Part shown: positions 39,393 through 51,014 of the stretch, in pieces | Numbering within the stretch: position 1 is the first letter of the stretch | Layout: the number at the start of each line of letters is the position of its first letter | Origin: Phycisphaerales bacterium | GTDB lineage: Bacteria > Planctomycetota > Phycisphaerae > Phycisphaerales > UBA1924 | Reading direction: 5' to 3' | DNA length: 64,000 nucleotides | Assembly (NCBI GenBank): GCA_965227775.1 | Contig: OZ245777.1 | Location: 832,001-896,000, forward strand | The notes under the pieces: model-generated | The model's input: only the letters and a program-made list of their open reading frames with translations | Database searches by the model: none | What the model was told of the DNA's origin: nothing | Position numbers and translations under genes: made by a program

Positions 39393-40269
39393 CGTTGGTC
39401 GTTTGGGGACGCTGGCAGGCGTCGCACCAGACGGTCGTTCGCTGGGCCAGCAGTCCGCTCGCGAGCACTCGTCCACACCGCCGGCAGGGCTCACCCGCCC
39501 GCCCATACACGGCGTGCTGGAGCTGGAACGCCCCGGCCTGGCCCTCGGCTCCCTGATAGTCCCTCAGCGTCGAGCCCCCAGCCTGCACGGCCTGGGCCAG
39601 CAATGCCACGAGCTCGTCGCCCAGGCGGACCAGCCGATCGGGCTCGATGTCGCACGCCAGTTCGCCTGGGTGGATGCCCGCCCGGTGCAGCGACTCATCG
39701 GCGTAGATGTTGCCAACGCCCGCGAGCAACCCCTGATCGAGCAGCGCCGCCTTCACAGGCCGCTTCGCAGCGGCCAGCAGGCCGGGCAGTTCGGCAGGCT
39801 CAAGCGTGAGGGCGTCCGGGCCGAGCCCGGTCCACGGCGGGAGCGCGTCGCGCTCTGCGGCCAACCACAGCCCGCCGAAGCGGCGTGGGTCTCGGAACAC
39901 CAGCCTCGAGCCGTCACCGAGCCGCCAGGTGGCGTGCACGTGATCGGTTGGCAGCCGGCCCCCCGCGCGTGCCCAGAGCAACTGCCCGGTCATGCCCAGG
40001 TGCACACCAAGAGCCCGCCCATCGACCGTCACGATCGCCAGGAACTTGCCGCGGCGATCGATCCGGACGACCTCGGCGCCCTCGAGCATCTGTGTTCTGC
40101 GTAGCCGGCAGGGGCGCACGGGCGTCCGCTGGCGGCTGAAGCCCCCGGGTGGGTCCCCGGGACCCACGGCCACGTCTCGCCGGTGCAGCGTGGCCCGGAC
40201 GACTCGCTGGCCCAGCAGCCTGGGCTCGAGCGTGCGTCTCAGGTGTTCGACCTCGGGCAACTCGGGCAC
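39322..40269 (-). CDS. mutM: Formamidopyrimidine-DNA glycosylase Fpg/MutM
   Basis: PELPEVE, RRGK, HLGMTG, DPRRFG, GVGNIYADE, C4 zinc finger. Confidence 0.97.
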   Translation of the reverse strand: MPELPEVEHLRRTLEPRLLGQRVVRATLHRRDVAVGPGDPPGGFSRQRTPVRPCRLRRTQMLEGAEVVRIDRRGKFLAIVTVDGRALGVHLGMTGQLLWARAGGRLPTDHVHATWRLGDGSRLVFRDPRRFGGLWLAAERDALPPWTGLGPDALTLEPAELPGLLAAAKRPVKAALLDQGLLAGVGNIYADESLHRAGIHPGELACDIEPDRLVRLGDELVALLAQAVQAGGSTLRDYQGAEGQAGAFQLQHAVYGRAGEPCRRCGRVLASGLLAQRTTVWCDACQRPQTTNDLSTMAMTRAGGPMASSLSTRSI

Positions 40270-40388
40270 GCCTGAAGCGTATCAGGCCGCGGGCCTGCCT
40301 CTCACCACTCCCGCGCCGTGGCGGCGGCGGGTGTACCCTCGCCTGCAATAGCCGTTGTGCCGCTCGCTGGCCCGCAAGGAACCCTCCG

Positions 40389-40982
40389 ATGGATCGTCAG
40401 GCATTCGAAGCCATGGCCCTGGAACACCTCGATTCGGTGTACCGCCTGGCGTACCACCTGACGCGCAACCCCGAGCGGGCCGACGAGCTGGTCCAGAACG
40501 TCTATCTGCGGGCCCTCAAGAGCGAGACGTGGGAGAAGTTCGAGGAGCGCGGCGGCGGCATGCGGGCCTGGCTCTTCACCATCGCCCACAACGCCTTTTA
40601 TTCGGACCTCAAGAAGCAGGGCCGCCGCCCCACCCCGGTCGGTGAGTTCTTCGAGGAGTCGGACGGCGAGCTCACGCCCGGCGATGCCGCCCCGGCGTGG
40701 GACCTTGCCAGCTTCGACTGGGAGCAGGTCGACGAGTCGCTCAAGGCGGCGATCGAGGACCTCAAGCCCGAGTTCCGCGAGATCCTGCTGCTTTGGGGCG
40801 TCGAGAACCTGAAGTACCGCGAGATCGCGGAGATCCTGGAAGTCCCTATCGGTACGGTGATGTCTCGCTTGCACCGCGCACGCAAGCTGGTGGCCGAGGC
40901 GTTAGCGTCCGATCCGTCTGTAGCAGAAAGACTTGGAATTGATCGCCTTGCCGGGGATGAATCGCCCGGCGACCGCAGTTAG
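40389..40982 (+). CDS. ECF sigma-70 factor
   Basis: YRLAYHLTRN..ADELVQ, AWLFTIAHN, YREIAEILEVPIGTVMSRLHRAR. Confidence 0.95.
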   Translation: MDRQAFEAMALEHLDSVYRLAYHLTRNPERADELVQNVYLRALKSETWEKFEERGGGMRAWLFTIAHNAFYSDLKKQGRRPTPVGEFFEESDGELTPGDAAPAWDLASFDWEQVDESLKAAIEDLKPEFREILLLWGVENLKYREIAEILEVPIGTVMSRLHRARKLVAEALASDPSVAERLGIDRLAGDESPGDRS

Positions 40983-41118
40983 GAAATTCGAGCGGCCGAT
41001 TTCGGTCACGACGTCAGGCATATCCCGCACGGGCTCACGCTCGCGCCAGGCCGCTCCGAATCAACTCGCACCCCTCGACCCCGGGCCGGCCCCGAGAGCG
41101 GTTTTTGGAGCGGCATCG

Positions 41119-42075
41119 ATGACGAACGAGAGCCACGGCACCACCGGACCCGACGACAACTTGCACGGCTCGCTCGATCGCGCCACGCTCGATCGATTGG
41201 TCCGCCTCGCCGCCGATGGCGAATTGTCCGCCGATGAGGCCGCCGCGTACGAGCAGGCCAAGGCCAGCCGCCCGCAACTGGGCCAGCAAGAGGCCGGCGA
41301 GCGCAACCTACGCGACGCTGTCAACCGCTGCATGGGCCAGGGCTACGAGTGCCCGCAGGCGCTGCGCGCCCGCATCACCGCGATGGCCGGCGACACGCGC
41401 GGTGATGCAAGCGGCACGCCCGCGCTGAAGCTCAACAGCACACCGGCCGATCCGGCCGAGGCGCCGACCATTCGGTTTCCGGTCTGGCAGCGGGTTGCCG
41501 CGCTGGCCGCCTCGATCGTGATCATCGTGGCGGTGTCGTCGTACCTGCGCGGCAATGCCCCCACGCAGGCCGGCGGGCCGGGCGTTGCGCAAGCCGGCGA
41601 GGTGCCCACCGGCCTCCAGCTTGCCAGCTTCATGAACACTGAGCATTCGCGGTGCGCCAGCCATCCCAGGAGCATCGAGAAGTTCACGGCCGTCGATCTC
41701 GACTCGGTGCCGCAGGCCTTCCGCGACATCCTGGGCGAGAAGTTCAACGCCGATGAGATGTCCATCGACGGCGCGGATTTCGTCGCCGCAGGCAAGTGCA
41801 AGGTTCCGGGCAGGGGCCCCTCGATCCACGCGATGTTCTTGACGAGCAACGCCGACGGCCAAACGGTCGAGGTGAGTCTTTACATCCAACGCTGCAACGA
41901 CAAGCGATTCGAGGCTGGCAAGGCCTACACCATCGGCTCCGAGGCCGCGGACAGCGCGAGCGTCATCGGCTGGCGCCACGATGGGCTGGTGTACTACCTG
42001 GTGACCCAGTCTCCCGAGACCACGCGCAGCCTGGCGACCAAGCTGCAGGCCCCCGCCATCGCCGGCGCTATCTGA
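41119..42075 (+). CDS. Putative transmembrane anti-sigma factor
   Basis: Follows ECF gene; ADGELS, CPQALRARI, single TM (LAASIVII), periplasmic domain. Confidence 0.78.
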   Translation: MTNESHGTTGPDDNLHGSLDRATLDRLVRLAADGELSADEAAAYEQAKASRPQLGQQEAGERNLRDAVNRCMGQGYECPQALRARITAMAGDTRGDASGTPALKLNSTPADPAEAPTIRFPVWQRVAALAASIVIIVAVSSYLRGNAPTQAGGPGVAQAGEVPTGLQLASFMNTEHSRCASHPRSIEKFTAVDLDSVPQAFRDILGEKFNADEMSIDGADFVAAGKCKVPGRGPSIHAMFLTSNADGQTVEVSLYIQRCNDKRFEAGKAYTIGSEAADSASVIGWRHDGLVYYLVTQSPETTRSLATKLQAPAIAGAI

Positions 42076-42089
42076 ACTCGATCAACCGG

Positions 42090-43565
42090 TCAATCTGCAA
42101 GGCTTGACGCGAACGGGCTGCGGGCTTCGAACCCCATCCCGTTTTCTAATGTGCGCGCGAGGCGCAGCAGGCCCGCCTCGTCGAACGGTCTGCCCACGAG
42201 CTGCACGCCGACAGGCAGCTTCACGCCATCAACCTCGACGAGCCCTGCGGGCACGCTGACCGCCGGGAGGCCCGCAAGGTTCGCACCCACCGTAAACGCG
42301 TCTTCGAGATACATCTCCAGCGGTGCGCCGAGCTTCTCGCCCAGCTTGAACGCGGGGCTCGGCGTCGTGGGCATGAGCACGGCCCTCGCGCCGCGCTCGA
42401 AGATGCGCTCGAAGTCTTGCTTGATGAGCCGCCGCGTGCGCTGGGCCTTGCCGTAAAACTGGTCGTAGTACCCGCTGCTGAGTGCGTGCGTCCCGAGCAA
42501 GATGCGACGCTTGACCTCGGCGCCGAAGCCCTCGCTGCGTGATCGCGTGTAGAGCGCCTCGAGACCATCGCCTTCGCGCAGTTGGGCGCGGCGGCCGTAG
42601 CGCACGCCGTCGTAGCGCGCCAGGTTGCTCGATGCCTCGGCGGGTGCGATGAGGTAGTACGCGGCGATGCCGTGCGCGGTGGTTGGCAAAGTCTCCTCGT
42701 CGATGCCGACTCCAGATCCTTCGAGCACCTTGGCAGCCCGCTGCAGTGCGTCCGAGATTCCCGGATGCACACCGCCCTCGGGCGCGATGATCGCGACACG
42801 ATGGCCGGGCTCGTCTTGCTCGAGCGTTGCGCGGAAGTCTTCCACCTTGCGCGGGGCGCTCGTCGCATCGTGCGGATCGTGCCCCGCGATGACCGAGAGC
42901 GCCAGGGCCGCGTCCTCGACGGTGTGCGTGAACGTGCCGATCTGGTCGAGGCTGCTCGCAAACGCGACCAGCCCGTAGCGCGACACCCGCCCGTACGTGG
43001 GCTTCAGCCCAACAAGCCCGCAGAGCGCCGCGGGCTGGCGCACGCTGCCGCCCGTGTCGCTGCCCAACGCCATAGCGACGCATCCCGCGGCGACGGCCGC
43101 CGCGCTGCCGCTGCTGCTGCCGCCCGGCACGCGCTGCGTGTCCCAAGGGTTGCGCGTGGGCCCGAAGGCCGAGTGCTCGCCGCTGCCGCCCATGGCGAAC
43201 TCGTCGAGGTTCGCCTTGGCGACGATGATCGCCCCGGCGTCACGCAGTTTTCGAACGGCCGTCGCGTCGTATGGGCTCTCGTAGTGCTCCAGCATCCGGC
43301 TGGCGCAGGTCGTCCGGCCCAGGCAGATGTTGTCCTTCACCACCACGGGCACGCCCGCCAGGGCGCCGAGCGCGTCACCCGCTGCCCGCCGCTGGTCGAC
43401 TTCGCTCGCCTCCCGGAGGGCCTCGTCGCGGCGCACCTCGACGAACGCGTTGAGATCTCCTTGCACCCGATCGATGCGTGCGAGCGCCTGCTCGGCCGCC
43501 TCGCGTGCCGATTGCTCCCCGCGGGCGAGGCGCGCTGCCGTCTCGATCATGTCCGACCCGGCCAT
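42090..43565 (-). CDS. gatA: Asp/Glu-tRNA amidotransferase subunit A
   Basis: VKDNI, NLDEFAMG, GGSSSGS, GSDTGGSVRQPA, SSNLARYDGVRYG, EVKRRILLGT. Confidence 0.97.
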   Translation of the reverse strand: MAGSDMIETAARLARGEQSAREAAEQALARIDRVQGDLNAFVEVRRDEALREASEVDQRRAAGDALGALAGVPVVVKDNICLGRTTCASRMLEHYESPYDATAVRKLRDAGAIIVAKANLDEFAMGGSGEHSAFGPTRNPWDTQRVPGGSSSGSAAAVAAGCVAMALGSDTGGSVRQPAALCGLVGLKPTYGRVSRYGLVAFASSLDQIGTFTHTVEDAALALSVIAGHDPHDATSAPRKVEDFRATLEQDEPGHRVAIIAPEGGVHPGISDALQRAAKVLEGSGVGIDEETLPTTAHGIAAYYLIAPAEASSNLARYDGVRYGRRAQLREGDGLEALYTRSRSEGFGAEVKRRILLGTHALSSGYYDQFYGKAQRTRRLIKQDFERIFERGARAVLMPTTPSPAFKLGEKLGAPLEMYLEDAFTVGANLAGLPAVSVPAGLVEVDGVKLPVGVQLVGRPFDEAGLLRLARTLENGMGFEARSPFASSLAD

Positions 43566-43727
43566 CGGTCGATGCTCCTTGGCGTGCGAACGCTGGGGAC
43601 GGCAGGCCGCAAACCGGCAAACCCATCGGCCCCGGCCGACGAATAGACAGACGCGAGGCTAGGCCGCACCTGCGCGACCAGGGCCCAGAGCAGAACCCGA
43701 CACCGACCGAACGCAAGGGCACCAGCC

Positions 43728-44648
43728 ATGCCGACAAGCCACCTCAGAGACGATCGATTCGCCGGCGCCTTCACGGCCATCATCACGCCGTTCACGCCGG
43801 ATGGGCGCAGCATCGATCTAGAGCGCCTCGACGCGCAGATTGCTCGCCAGGCCGACAACGGCATCTCGGGCATCGTCGTCGCCGGCACCACAGGCGAGAG
43901 CCCCACGCTGGCCGAGCCCGAGTACCGCACGCTCGTGCGACGGTGCGTCGAGGTCGGCAAGGCCCACGACCTGGTCGTCGTCGCTGGGACGGGCAGCAAC
44001 AGCACGGCCCACGCGGTCGAGCAGCAACGCATCGCGATGGACCTGGGCGCCGACGCCGGGCTGAGCGTGAACCCGTACTACAACAAGCCCACGCAAGAGG
44101 GGCTCTACGCCCACTTCGCCACGATCGCCGAGAGCGTGGAACTGCCCATCATGCTCTACAACATCCCTGGCCGCACGGGCGTGGCGCTCGCGCCTTCAAC
44201 AGTCGAGCGGCTGTATGAGAGCCCCTGGGTGGTGAGCATCAAGGAAGCCACCGGGTCGACAGACTCGGCTACCGACATCCTGCTGCGTTGTCCGGGCATC
44301 GCGCTGCTGAGCGGCGACGATGGCATGACGCTGCCGTTCATGGCCATCGGCGGTGTGGGCTGCGTGTCGGTCGTCAGCAACATCGCGCCGCAACGCACGG
44401 CGGCCCTGTGCCAGGCGGCGATTGAGGGCGACCTGACGGCCGCGCGCGAGCACCATGCCGCGCTGTTCGAGCTCGCCCGCGCGATGTTCATCGAAACAAA
44501 CCCGATCTGCGTGAAGGCCGCCATGGCGATGATGGGACTGGACAGCGGCCAGCTGCGCTTGCCCATGACCCAACCGACCGAGACCACGCGCCGGGCCATC
44601 CACGACGCGCTCGACCGTGCGCGATTGCTCGAAGCGGCGGCCTGCTGA
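43728..44648 (+). CDS. dapA: 4-hydroxy-tetrahydrodipicolinate synthase
   Basis: GTTGES, PYYNKP, LYNIPGRT, IKEA, SGDD, ETNPI. Confidence 0.96.
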   Translation: MPTSHLRDDRFAGAFTAIITPFTPDGRSIDLERLDAQIARQADNGISGIVVAGTTGESPTLAEPEYRTLVRRCVEVGKAHDLVVVAGTGSNSTAHAVEQQRIAMDLGADAGLSVNPYYNKPTQEGLYAHFATIAESVELPIMLYNIPGRTGVALAPSTVERLYESPWVVSIKEATGSTDSATDILLRCPGIALLSGDDGMTLPFMAIGGVGCVSVVSNIAPQRTAALCQAAIEGDLTAAREHHAALFELARAMFIETNPICVKAAMAMMGLDSGQLRLPMTQPTETTRRAIHDALDRARLLEAAAC

Positions 44649-44854
44649 CACTCGGCCAGCCACGGGCAACCCAAGAAAACTCGCTCACACCACCGCGGCC
44701 GTGCGCTATCTGCCGGCGCTGCGAGGGTTTCGGCTTGGAGTGCCGGAATCTGGTGGTATGGTCACAGCGCCCTGAACCCCCACCGCCGGCCGCGCGCCAT
44801 GGGCCCGAATGCGCGGCGGTGACGATCGTCGCGGGCCTGCGATGGGGGTTTTCC

Positions 44855-45589
44855 ATGTCCAACGTACCGCAATCGACCGATGATCAGACCGTTCGTCTTG
44901 CCGCTCGCGCACGGACGCGTAGGGTTTCGTTCGTAACGCGTAAGCCCCTGGGAGGAGTACCCTTCTGGGAGATTCGCGGGTCGCTCGGGGATCAATTCCG
45001 TGCCTCGGGCGTCTGGGTATTGGGAGCCATGCTCGCGTGCGTTTTCGCCGTGGGCTCAACGGGGGGCTGTGTTGACCAGGCCGCCATGCGCAACCAGATC
45101 GATACAGCGCGACAAGACCTTGGCGCGCTGCGCGATGCACTGGCCGCCCGCCAGCATGCCCTCCGCGAGGCCCTGGAGGATCCGTCGGCCCCTGCCGGTC
45201 TCGCCCACGGCTGGCGCGCCCAGCTCGTGGTCGTCGAGGACCAGCTCGCCGCAGCCCAGCACGCCATTGATGCGTCTGCCGACTACGCCGACGACCCGGC
45301 AGGTGGAGCCGTCACCCGGGCGATCGGCACGGTCGCGCCGTTCGTGCCCGAGCCCTATCGATTGCCACTCGTTCTTGGCGCCGGGCTCGCGGCATCGCTC
45401 GCTCGCGGGGCTCAGCTCCGCCGGGCCGGGCGTGCGATCGCGCGGGGCGTCCAGCGAGCCCTCGATGCCGACCCGCAACTCGCAACCGGATTTGCCCAAC
45501 ACGCCGATGCCGTCCGGGCCGAGCAATCGACCCTCGCGCGACGGCTCGTCGACGAGGCCCAAGGCAAGCGCGCCGCGCTTCCCATCTGA
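44855..45589 (+). CDS. Hypothetical lipoprotein with coiled coil and internal hydrophobic segment
   Basis: TGGC lipobox-like, helical region, [17 protein letters not shown]; start uncertain. Confidence 0.6.
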   Translation: MSNVPQSTDDQTVRLAARARTRRVSFVTRKPLGGVPFWEIRGSLGDQFRASGVWVLGAMLACVFAVGSTGGCVDQAAMRNQIDTARQDLGALRDALAARQHALREALEDPSAPAGLAHGWRAQLVVVEDQLAAAQHAIDASADYADDPAGGAVTRAIGTVAPFVPEPYRLPLVLGAGLAASLARGAQLRRAGRAIARGVQRALDADPQLATGFAQHADAVRAEQSTLARRLVDEAQGKRAALPI

Positions 45590-45611
45590 CGCGCAAGGAG
45601 GCAGTGCCGGC

Positions 45612-46298
45612 ATGCGGAAGGGATTCACGCTCATCGAGTTGCTGGCGGTTATCGCGATCATCAGCGTGCTCATCGGCATCCTCATCCCCACGCTGGGCAG
45701 CGCGCGAGAGAGCGCGCGTCGCACCGCGTGCCTGGCGAACCTCGCCCAGATCGGCGTGGGCACCCAGCTCTACATGGACACCGAGTCCAAGGGCGTGCTG
45801 CCGGTCGTCCGTCCGTTTCACGAGGGCGACCCTGGCGGCGGCAGCGATCCGAGCCTGCTGGACGTCTTGAGCCAGTACCTCGACACGCCGGTGCCCCGCC
45901 GCGCTTCGCCCGACGAGGACTTCGTCTTGGGGAAGAACTCGTGCTATCGCTGCCCGAGCGACAACGGCGGCAAGGAAGCCCCGCTCTGGGCGAGTGCGGG
46001 CACGAGCTACGAGTATTTCCCGGGCCTGATCATTACCGCGACCGAGCTGGCCTTCGCAGCCGAGAGCCCCCGCATCGAGCGGGCGGTCACGACGGCTATC
46101 GAGACCCAGAGTGAGAAGGGCACGGCCATCCCGCTGCTGAACTGCGCAGGCGAGTGGCATGTGCTGCGTGCGGGCCAGCCGGGGCGCAACGCCGTGTACT
46201 TCCCGTCGATGCGGGCGGACTGGCTCGAGGAGCTGGCGCCCGAAGACGGCGAAGCACTATTCGCCGAGATTGGTCGCATCCTGGGAATCGGGACATGA
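45612..46298 (+). CDS. Prepilin-type (DUF1559-like) protein
   Basis: [58 protein letters not shown]. Confidence 0.9.
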   Translation: MRKGFTLIELLAVIAIISVLIGILIPTLGSARESARRTACLANLAQIGVGTQLYMDTESKGVLPVVRPFHEGDPGGGSDPSLLDVLSQYLDTPVPRRASPDEDFVLGKNSCYRCPSDNGGKEAPLWASAGTSYEYFPGLIITATELAFAAESPRIERAVTTAIETQSEKGTAIPLLNCAGEWHVLRAGQPGRNAVYFPSMRADWLEELAPEDGEALFAEIGRILGIGT

Positions 46299-47083
46299 GC
46301 ACGCGCGACGACATGCTCGAGACGCTCAGCCGCCTCGAAGGCCGGCGCGTCAAGATCGGCGCGCTGCGTGAACGCATCGCCGACTTCGAGGCCAACACGC
46401 TGCGCGACGGCGAGAACTGGCGACGCTGGTCGAAGAAGTACTGGCCCGCTGCCGCCCAGCTGCTTGTGATTCTTGCGGCGTCGGCGTACTTCGTGTTCCG
46501 TCCCACGCCCGTGCCCGACTACGAGAACGCGCGAATCGACACCATTATGAACTTCACGCTCTTGCAGAGCGAGTTCAACGAGTTGCCGCTGGAGCGCCGA
46601 CTCGAGCTCGTGGGCATGCTGATCCAGCGAATGGAGAGCATGAACTCGAGCGACTCGCTCATGCTGGCGGCCTTCGCCGGTTCGATCCGCGGCAAGGCGC
46701 GCGAGCAGCTCGAAGAGAACGCCAGCCGGCTGGCGATCGAGCTTTGGGACTCGATGGCCGTCGAGTACCAGGGCGTGCCCGAAGCCCAGCGCGACGAGTA
46801 CCTGGCCGAGGCATTCGTACGCTTCGAGACGACGCTCGAGATGATGGGCGGCGAGGTGCGTGATCGAACGCCCGAGGAGCGGCTCGAGCGTGCCCGGCGG
46901 CAGGCGCAGCGCGACGAGCAGGCCATTAAGGACGGCCAGGGCCCGCCGGCGCGCATCATGGGCCGCGTGTTCGATGTGATGAACAACAACATCGGGCAGC
47001 ACGCCAGCCCGCTGGAGCGCCGCCGAGGCGAGCTGCTCATGCGCGACATGACCCGCTTCCTGCGCGGCTCGGGCGGCGGTTAA
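46295..47083 (+). CDS. Hypothetical single-TM helical protein
   Basis: ATGA overlap with prepilin gene; one hydrophobic segment. Confidence 0.72.
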   Translation: MSTRDDMLETLSRLEGRRVKIGALRERIADFEANTLRDGENWRRWSKKYWPAAAQLLVILAASAYFVFRPTPVPDYENARIDTIMNFTLLQSEFNELPLERRLELVGMLIQRMESMNSSDSLMLAAFAGSIRGKAREQLEENASRLAIELWDSMAVEYQGVPEAQRDEYLAEAFVRFETTLEMMGGEVRDRTPEERLERARRQAQRDEQAIKDGQGPPARIMGRVFDVMNNNIGQHASPLERRRGELLMRDMTRFLRGSGGG

Positions 47084-47153
47084 AGATTCGATCATCGCGC
47101 GATTGCATCGCGAGTCCCCTGGGTAGACTGCCGCTCACAAGGAGGCTCGACCT

Positions 47154-47873
47154 ATGGACCAGACGCTGATCGACCGCGCACCGGCAACGTACGACGACCT
47201 CGGCGCCGTTTTCGTCAATTGCACGCTGAAGAAGTCACCCGGGACCAGCCACACGCAGGGGCTCATGGACAAGTCGATCCGCCTCATGCAGAAGGCGGGC
47301 GTGTCGGTCGAGAGCATCCGCCTGGTCGATCATGACGTGCCGCCGGGCGTGCAACCCGACATGACCAAGAACGGCTACGAGACCGACGAGTGGCCCGCGA
47401 TCCACAAGAAGATCATGGACGCGAACATCCTGGTGGTCGGCACGCCCATCTGGCTGGGCGAGAAGAGTTCGGAGTGCACGAAGCTTATCGAGCGGCTGTA
47501 CAGCAACTCGGGTGATCTCAACGCCCACGGCCAGTCTGACTACTACGGCCGGGTTGGTGGCTGCATCATCACGGGCAACGAGGACGGCGTGAAGCACTGC
47601 GCGATGGGCATCCTGTACGGGCTTGCGCACATCGGGTACACCATCCCGCCGCAGCCCGATGCGGGCTGGATCGGCGAGGTCGGCCCGGGGCCGAGCTACC
47701 TCGACGACGACTCCAACGCCGCGGACAACGACTTCACCAATCGCAACTTGACGATCATGACGTGGAACATGATCCACCTCGCGCGCGTGCTGGAGGACGC
47801 CGGCGGCGTGCCGGTCTTTGGCAACCAGCGCGATAAGTGGAAGGACGGCGAGCGCTTCGGTTTCGAGAAGTAG
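47154..47873 (+). CDS. Flavodoxin-fold NAD(P)H-dependent FMN reductase family protein
   Basis: NCTLKKSP..SHT, GTPIWLG, ERLY, TGNEDG; AAGGAGG RBS. Confidence 0.88.
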   Translation: MDQTLIDRAPATYDDLGAVFVNCTLKKSPGTSHTQGLMDKSIRLMQKAGVSVESIRLVDHDVPPGVQPDMTKNGYETDEWPAIHKKIMDANILVVGTPIWLGEKSSECTKLIERLYSNSGDLNAHGQSDYYGRVGGCIITGNEDGVKHCAMGILYGLAHIGYTIPPQPDAGWIGEVGPGPSYLDDDSNAADNDFTNRNLTIMTWNMIHLARVLEDAGGVPVFGNQRDKWKDGERFGFEK

Positions 47874-47886
47874 CGCTCGGAGCGTG

Positions 47887-48789
47887 TCAGGCGCGCGGCT
47901 CGAGCGTGTGCCGCGGGAAGCGGTTGACGAGCGCGTTGGCCATCCGCTGGTTCATCTGGTGACCCGAACGCGTCGCGATGATGTTTGCCTGGATGGGCCG
48001 CCCCGCAAGCGTGAGATCGCCGATGACGTCGAGCAGCTTGTGGGCCGCCGGCTCGAGGTCGAACCGGTAGGCGTTGTCGATGGGGCCATCGGGGCCGATG
48101 ACGAGCATGTCGGCGGGCGTGAGATCCTCGAACAGCCCGGCGCGCTTCAGGGCCGTCGCTTCGTGTTCGAGGCAGAACGTGCGCGCCGGCGCAATCTCGC
48201 GGACATAAGCGTTGGCTGAGCCGTTCCACGTGGCGGTTTGCGGCTGCAGGGCCGCGCCCTTCCCGTAGTCGAGGTTGTAGGTGACCGACCAGCCTGGTTC
48301 GTCGCGCGGTTCGGCGACGATCGACGCGTTCATGTGCTCGAGCTTGATTGGTTGCTCGATCGTGATGGGCTCGATGGTCCGTTCGAGGTCGTGCACGCCC
48401 ACTTTCTGGATGGCGTCGACGAAGGGCTTGGCCGAGCCATCGAAGATCGGGACCTCGAGCCCGTCGATCTCGATCTCGCAATCGGTGATGCCGAGGCCCG
48501 CGAGCGCTGAGAGCGCGTGCTCCACGGTTGCGACCAGGGCGTGCCCACGGGCGAGATTGGTGCTGCGCGGCGGGCCATTCAAGTGGCCGGCGTGCACCGA
48601 CGAGGTGGTGACGGCGTCGTAGAGCACCGGCACCTGTGTGGCGATATCTGTTCGCGTGAGCGTCAGGCCCCGTTCGCCTGGCTTGAAGCCCATGGTGGCG
48701 TGCTTGCCCGAGAACAGGCCGCGCCCGTCGAGCGTCGCATTGCCGGCAAGGGTCTTGCGCGCGACGGGGTGTGGCGTAGGTGCCGTCAT
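47887..48789 (-). CDS. lpxC: UDP-3-O-acyl-GlcNAc deacetylase
   Basis: [40 protein letters not shown]. Confidence 0.95.
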   Translation of the reverse strand: MTAPTPHPVARKTLAGNATLDGRGLFSGKHATMGFKPGERGLTLTRTDIATQVPVLYDAVTTSSVHAGHLNGPPRSTNLARGHALVATVEHALSALAGLGITDCEIEIDGLEVPIFDGSAKPFVDAIQKVGVHDLERTIEPITIEQPIKLEHMNASIVAEPRDEPGWSVTYNLDYGKGAALQPQTATWNGSANAYVREIAPARTFCLEHEATALKRAGLFEDLTPADMLVIGPDGPIDNAYRFDLEPAAHKLLDVIGDLTLAGRPIQANIIATRSGHQMNQRMANALVNRFPRHTLEPRA

Positions 48790-49964
48790 GCGTCGCGGAG
48801 GCGTTTGCGGAGTTGGCGTAGGTCCTTCGAGAGCGTGCGGAACTGGGCGTAGTTGGCCGCGGCTTCGCGCGCCGGCATGGCGGGGGCGCCCAGCCATGTT
48901 TCGCCGGCAGGCACGTCGTTGATGACGCCACTGCGCGCGCCGATGGTGGCGCCCTTGCCGATCTTAATGCCATCGCTCACGGCGACCGAACCGGCGATGG
49001 TGGCGCCATCGCCAATGGTGACGCTGCCCGCGATAGAGCAGCATCCGCAGATGATGACGTGCTCGCCGATGTCGCCGTTGTGGCCGATCTGGCAGAGATT
49101 GTCGATCTTGGTGCCGCGGCCGACGCGCGTGTCGGCGAGCTTGCCGCGGTCGATGCACGTGTTGGCGCCGATCTCGGCCTCGTCCTCGATGACGACCGCG
49201 CCAAGGTGCGGGATCTTGATGGCGCCCTTCGGCCCGGGCAGGTAGCCAAAGCCGTCGGCCCCGACGACGACGCCGGGGTGCAGCATGCAGCGCTCGCCCA
49301 CGGTGCAGCCGTGCTGAACCACGACGCCGGGGTGCAGCACCGACTTGGCACCGACCGAGACATTCTGCCCGAGCGTCACGCGAGCCACGAGCACGGCTCC
49401 CGGTGCGACGCGGCAGCCCGGCCCAACAACGCACATCGGTCCGATCGACGCGCCCTCAACCGTGGCCGAGGGATCGACCTGGGCGGTGGCATCGACGCCG
49501 GGCTCGATGGGCGGCGGGGCTGCGTGCTCGGCGAAGGCCTCGAGCAACGTCAGCAGCGCGCGGTCCGCGTCTGGCACGTAGAGGATGGCGCGATCGCTGG
49601 TGTCGGACTCATCGAGTCGGACGCCGTCGGTGACGAGCGCGGCCGAGGCATTGGATGTGTTCCACGCGGCCGCGTGGCGTTGATCGCGGATGAAGGTGAG
49701 CGCGCCGGGTGTGGCCTTGTCGAGCGGGGCGATGTCGGCCAGCGGGATGTCGGCCGGACCGACGAGGCGGGCTTGGAGGATCTCGGCCAGCGTGCCCGTG
49801 GTGGTGGCCTGTGGCCTGGCGCTGCCCGCAGAACCGCGGGAGGCCTCGGACTTGGTTTGCTGGGCGGTGGCGGATGTACGCACGGGCTGGCCTTTTGCGG
49901 GAGGAGGTCGGCGGCTGGGCCGCGGGGCGGGGGGTCGATGCGTCGCGAACGGCGGGGTGCTCAA
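48786..49964 (-). CDS. lpxD: UDP-3-O-(3-hydroxyacyl)glucosamine N-acyltransferase
   Basis: Hexapeptide repeats, [29 protein letters not shown]; start may be further downstream. Confidence 0.95.
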   Translation of the reverse strand: MSTPPFATHRPPAPRPSRRPPPAKGQPVRTSATAQQTKSEASRGSAGSARPQATTTGTLAEILQARLVGPADIPLADIAPLDKATPGALTFIRDQRHAAAWNTSNASAALVTDGVRLDESDTSDRAILYVPDADRALLTLLEAFAEHAAPPPIEPGVDATAQVDPSATVEGASIGPMCVVGPGCRVAPGAVLVARVTLGQNVSVGAKSVLHPGVVVQHGCTVGERCMLHPGVVVGADGFGYLPGPKGAIKIPHLGAVVIEDEAEIGANTCIDRGKLADTRVGRGTKIDNLCQIGHNGDIGEHVIICGCCSIAGSVTIGDGATIAGSVAVSDGIKIGKGATIGARSGVINDVPAGETWLGAPAMPAREAAANYAQFRTLSKDLRQLRKRLRDA

Positions 49965-50635
49965 CCTCCCGCGGCGTACTTGTTGTTCATGTGCTGCACC
50001 ACGCTGTTGGTGATGTTCACGCTGTCGCCGGCGTAGATGACTCGGCGAGTTTGGATGAAGTTCTCCACAAAGTCCACGGCGGCCTCGGCTCGCACGTTGG
50101 GGTTTCGCGGCACGATCAGGGGCTGTCCGCCGTGGATCACGACCTCCCAGCCGTCACGCTTGGCGACCTCTTCGACGGCCTTGAGTGCCTTCTCGTAGAG
50201 CTCGGTCAGGACGCGGGCGGTGTCTTCCTGCTGCCACTTGATGAGCATGGAGCCGCGCAGCTCCCGGAAGCCCATCTTCATGTTGCGCTCGCGGAAGATC
50301 TGGTCATAGGCGTCGCTCGCGGGGTCGAGCCGCTCGAGATCGGTGTTCAAGCCATCGATTTCCTCGGTCAGCTGCTTGATCTCGTTGCTCTTGTCCTCGA
50401 CGTCGGACTTGATGCGCTCGTCCACCACCTTGAACTCGTCGAGCTGCGTGATGACGGCCACGAGATCGACCGTGGCGACCGAGGTCGGGGTGGCCCGCAC
50501 CGCCGCCGAGGCATCGGCAGTCGGCTTGAGCAACGCAACCGTGGAGATCGCGATGGCGAGCGTTGCCAGCAAGCCGAGGCCAGCATTGGCCTTGGCAGTG
50601 CGTACGGGTGCATGTCGGTTCGTGGACATCGGCAT
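49961..50635 (-). CDS. skp: OmpH/Skp periplasmic chaperone
   Basis: Signal peptide, VATVDL, coiled coil, NITNSVV; upstream of lpxD. Confidence 0.85.
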   Translation of the reverse strand: MPMSTNRHAPVRTAKANAGLGLLATLAIAISTVALLKPTADASAAVRATPTSVATVDLVAVITQLDEFKVVDERIKSDVEDKSNEIKQLTEEIDGLNTDLERLDPASDAYDQIFRERNMKMGFRELRGSMLIKWQQEDTARVLTELYEKALKAVEEVAKRDGWEVVIHGGQPLIVPRNPNVRAEAAVDFVENFIQTRRVIYAGDSVNITNSVVQHMNNKYAAGG

Positions 50636-51014
50636 GGACGAGGCCTCCTGCTCGGTGGGGAGAGTTCGATCGCTCCGCGATCGGTGCGTTCAAGCCGGCG
50701 GCCCCGCGCAGCCATGACGTGGCCGGGGACCGTATCGGCCGGATTGGCCGCGGCGGACGCGTCGCGCACGCCACGAGGGATTCTACGCCCCGCACGGATG
50801 CCACTGTCAGCGTTCGCTGGCAGTGGAATCAAAAGAGCTGGTGAATACTTACTTAAGTTATCGGGCTGTATTGACGATCGCATTGGATCGATCAGAACCC
50901 CGCCTGGGGCCGATGTCGTACGTGTGGGAGAGCGGCCTGCGGGCTATCCTTACAAATAGCTTCCAGGCGGGTGGTTGCGAAGCCTGGCGGCCGGTGGCGG
51001 AACGGAGGCGGATC

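Noticed and set aside
43600..43680. GGCAAACC upstream of dapA as a riboswitch (c-di-GMP or lysine)
   Set aside because: Required stems and conserved motifs are missing; region is too short for a lysine riboswitch
50835..50870. AT-rich stretch as a dif site
   Set aside because: No XerD-type TTATGTTAAAT arm; better explained as divergent promoter DNA
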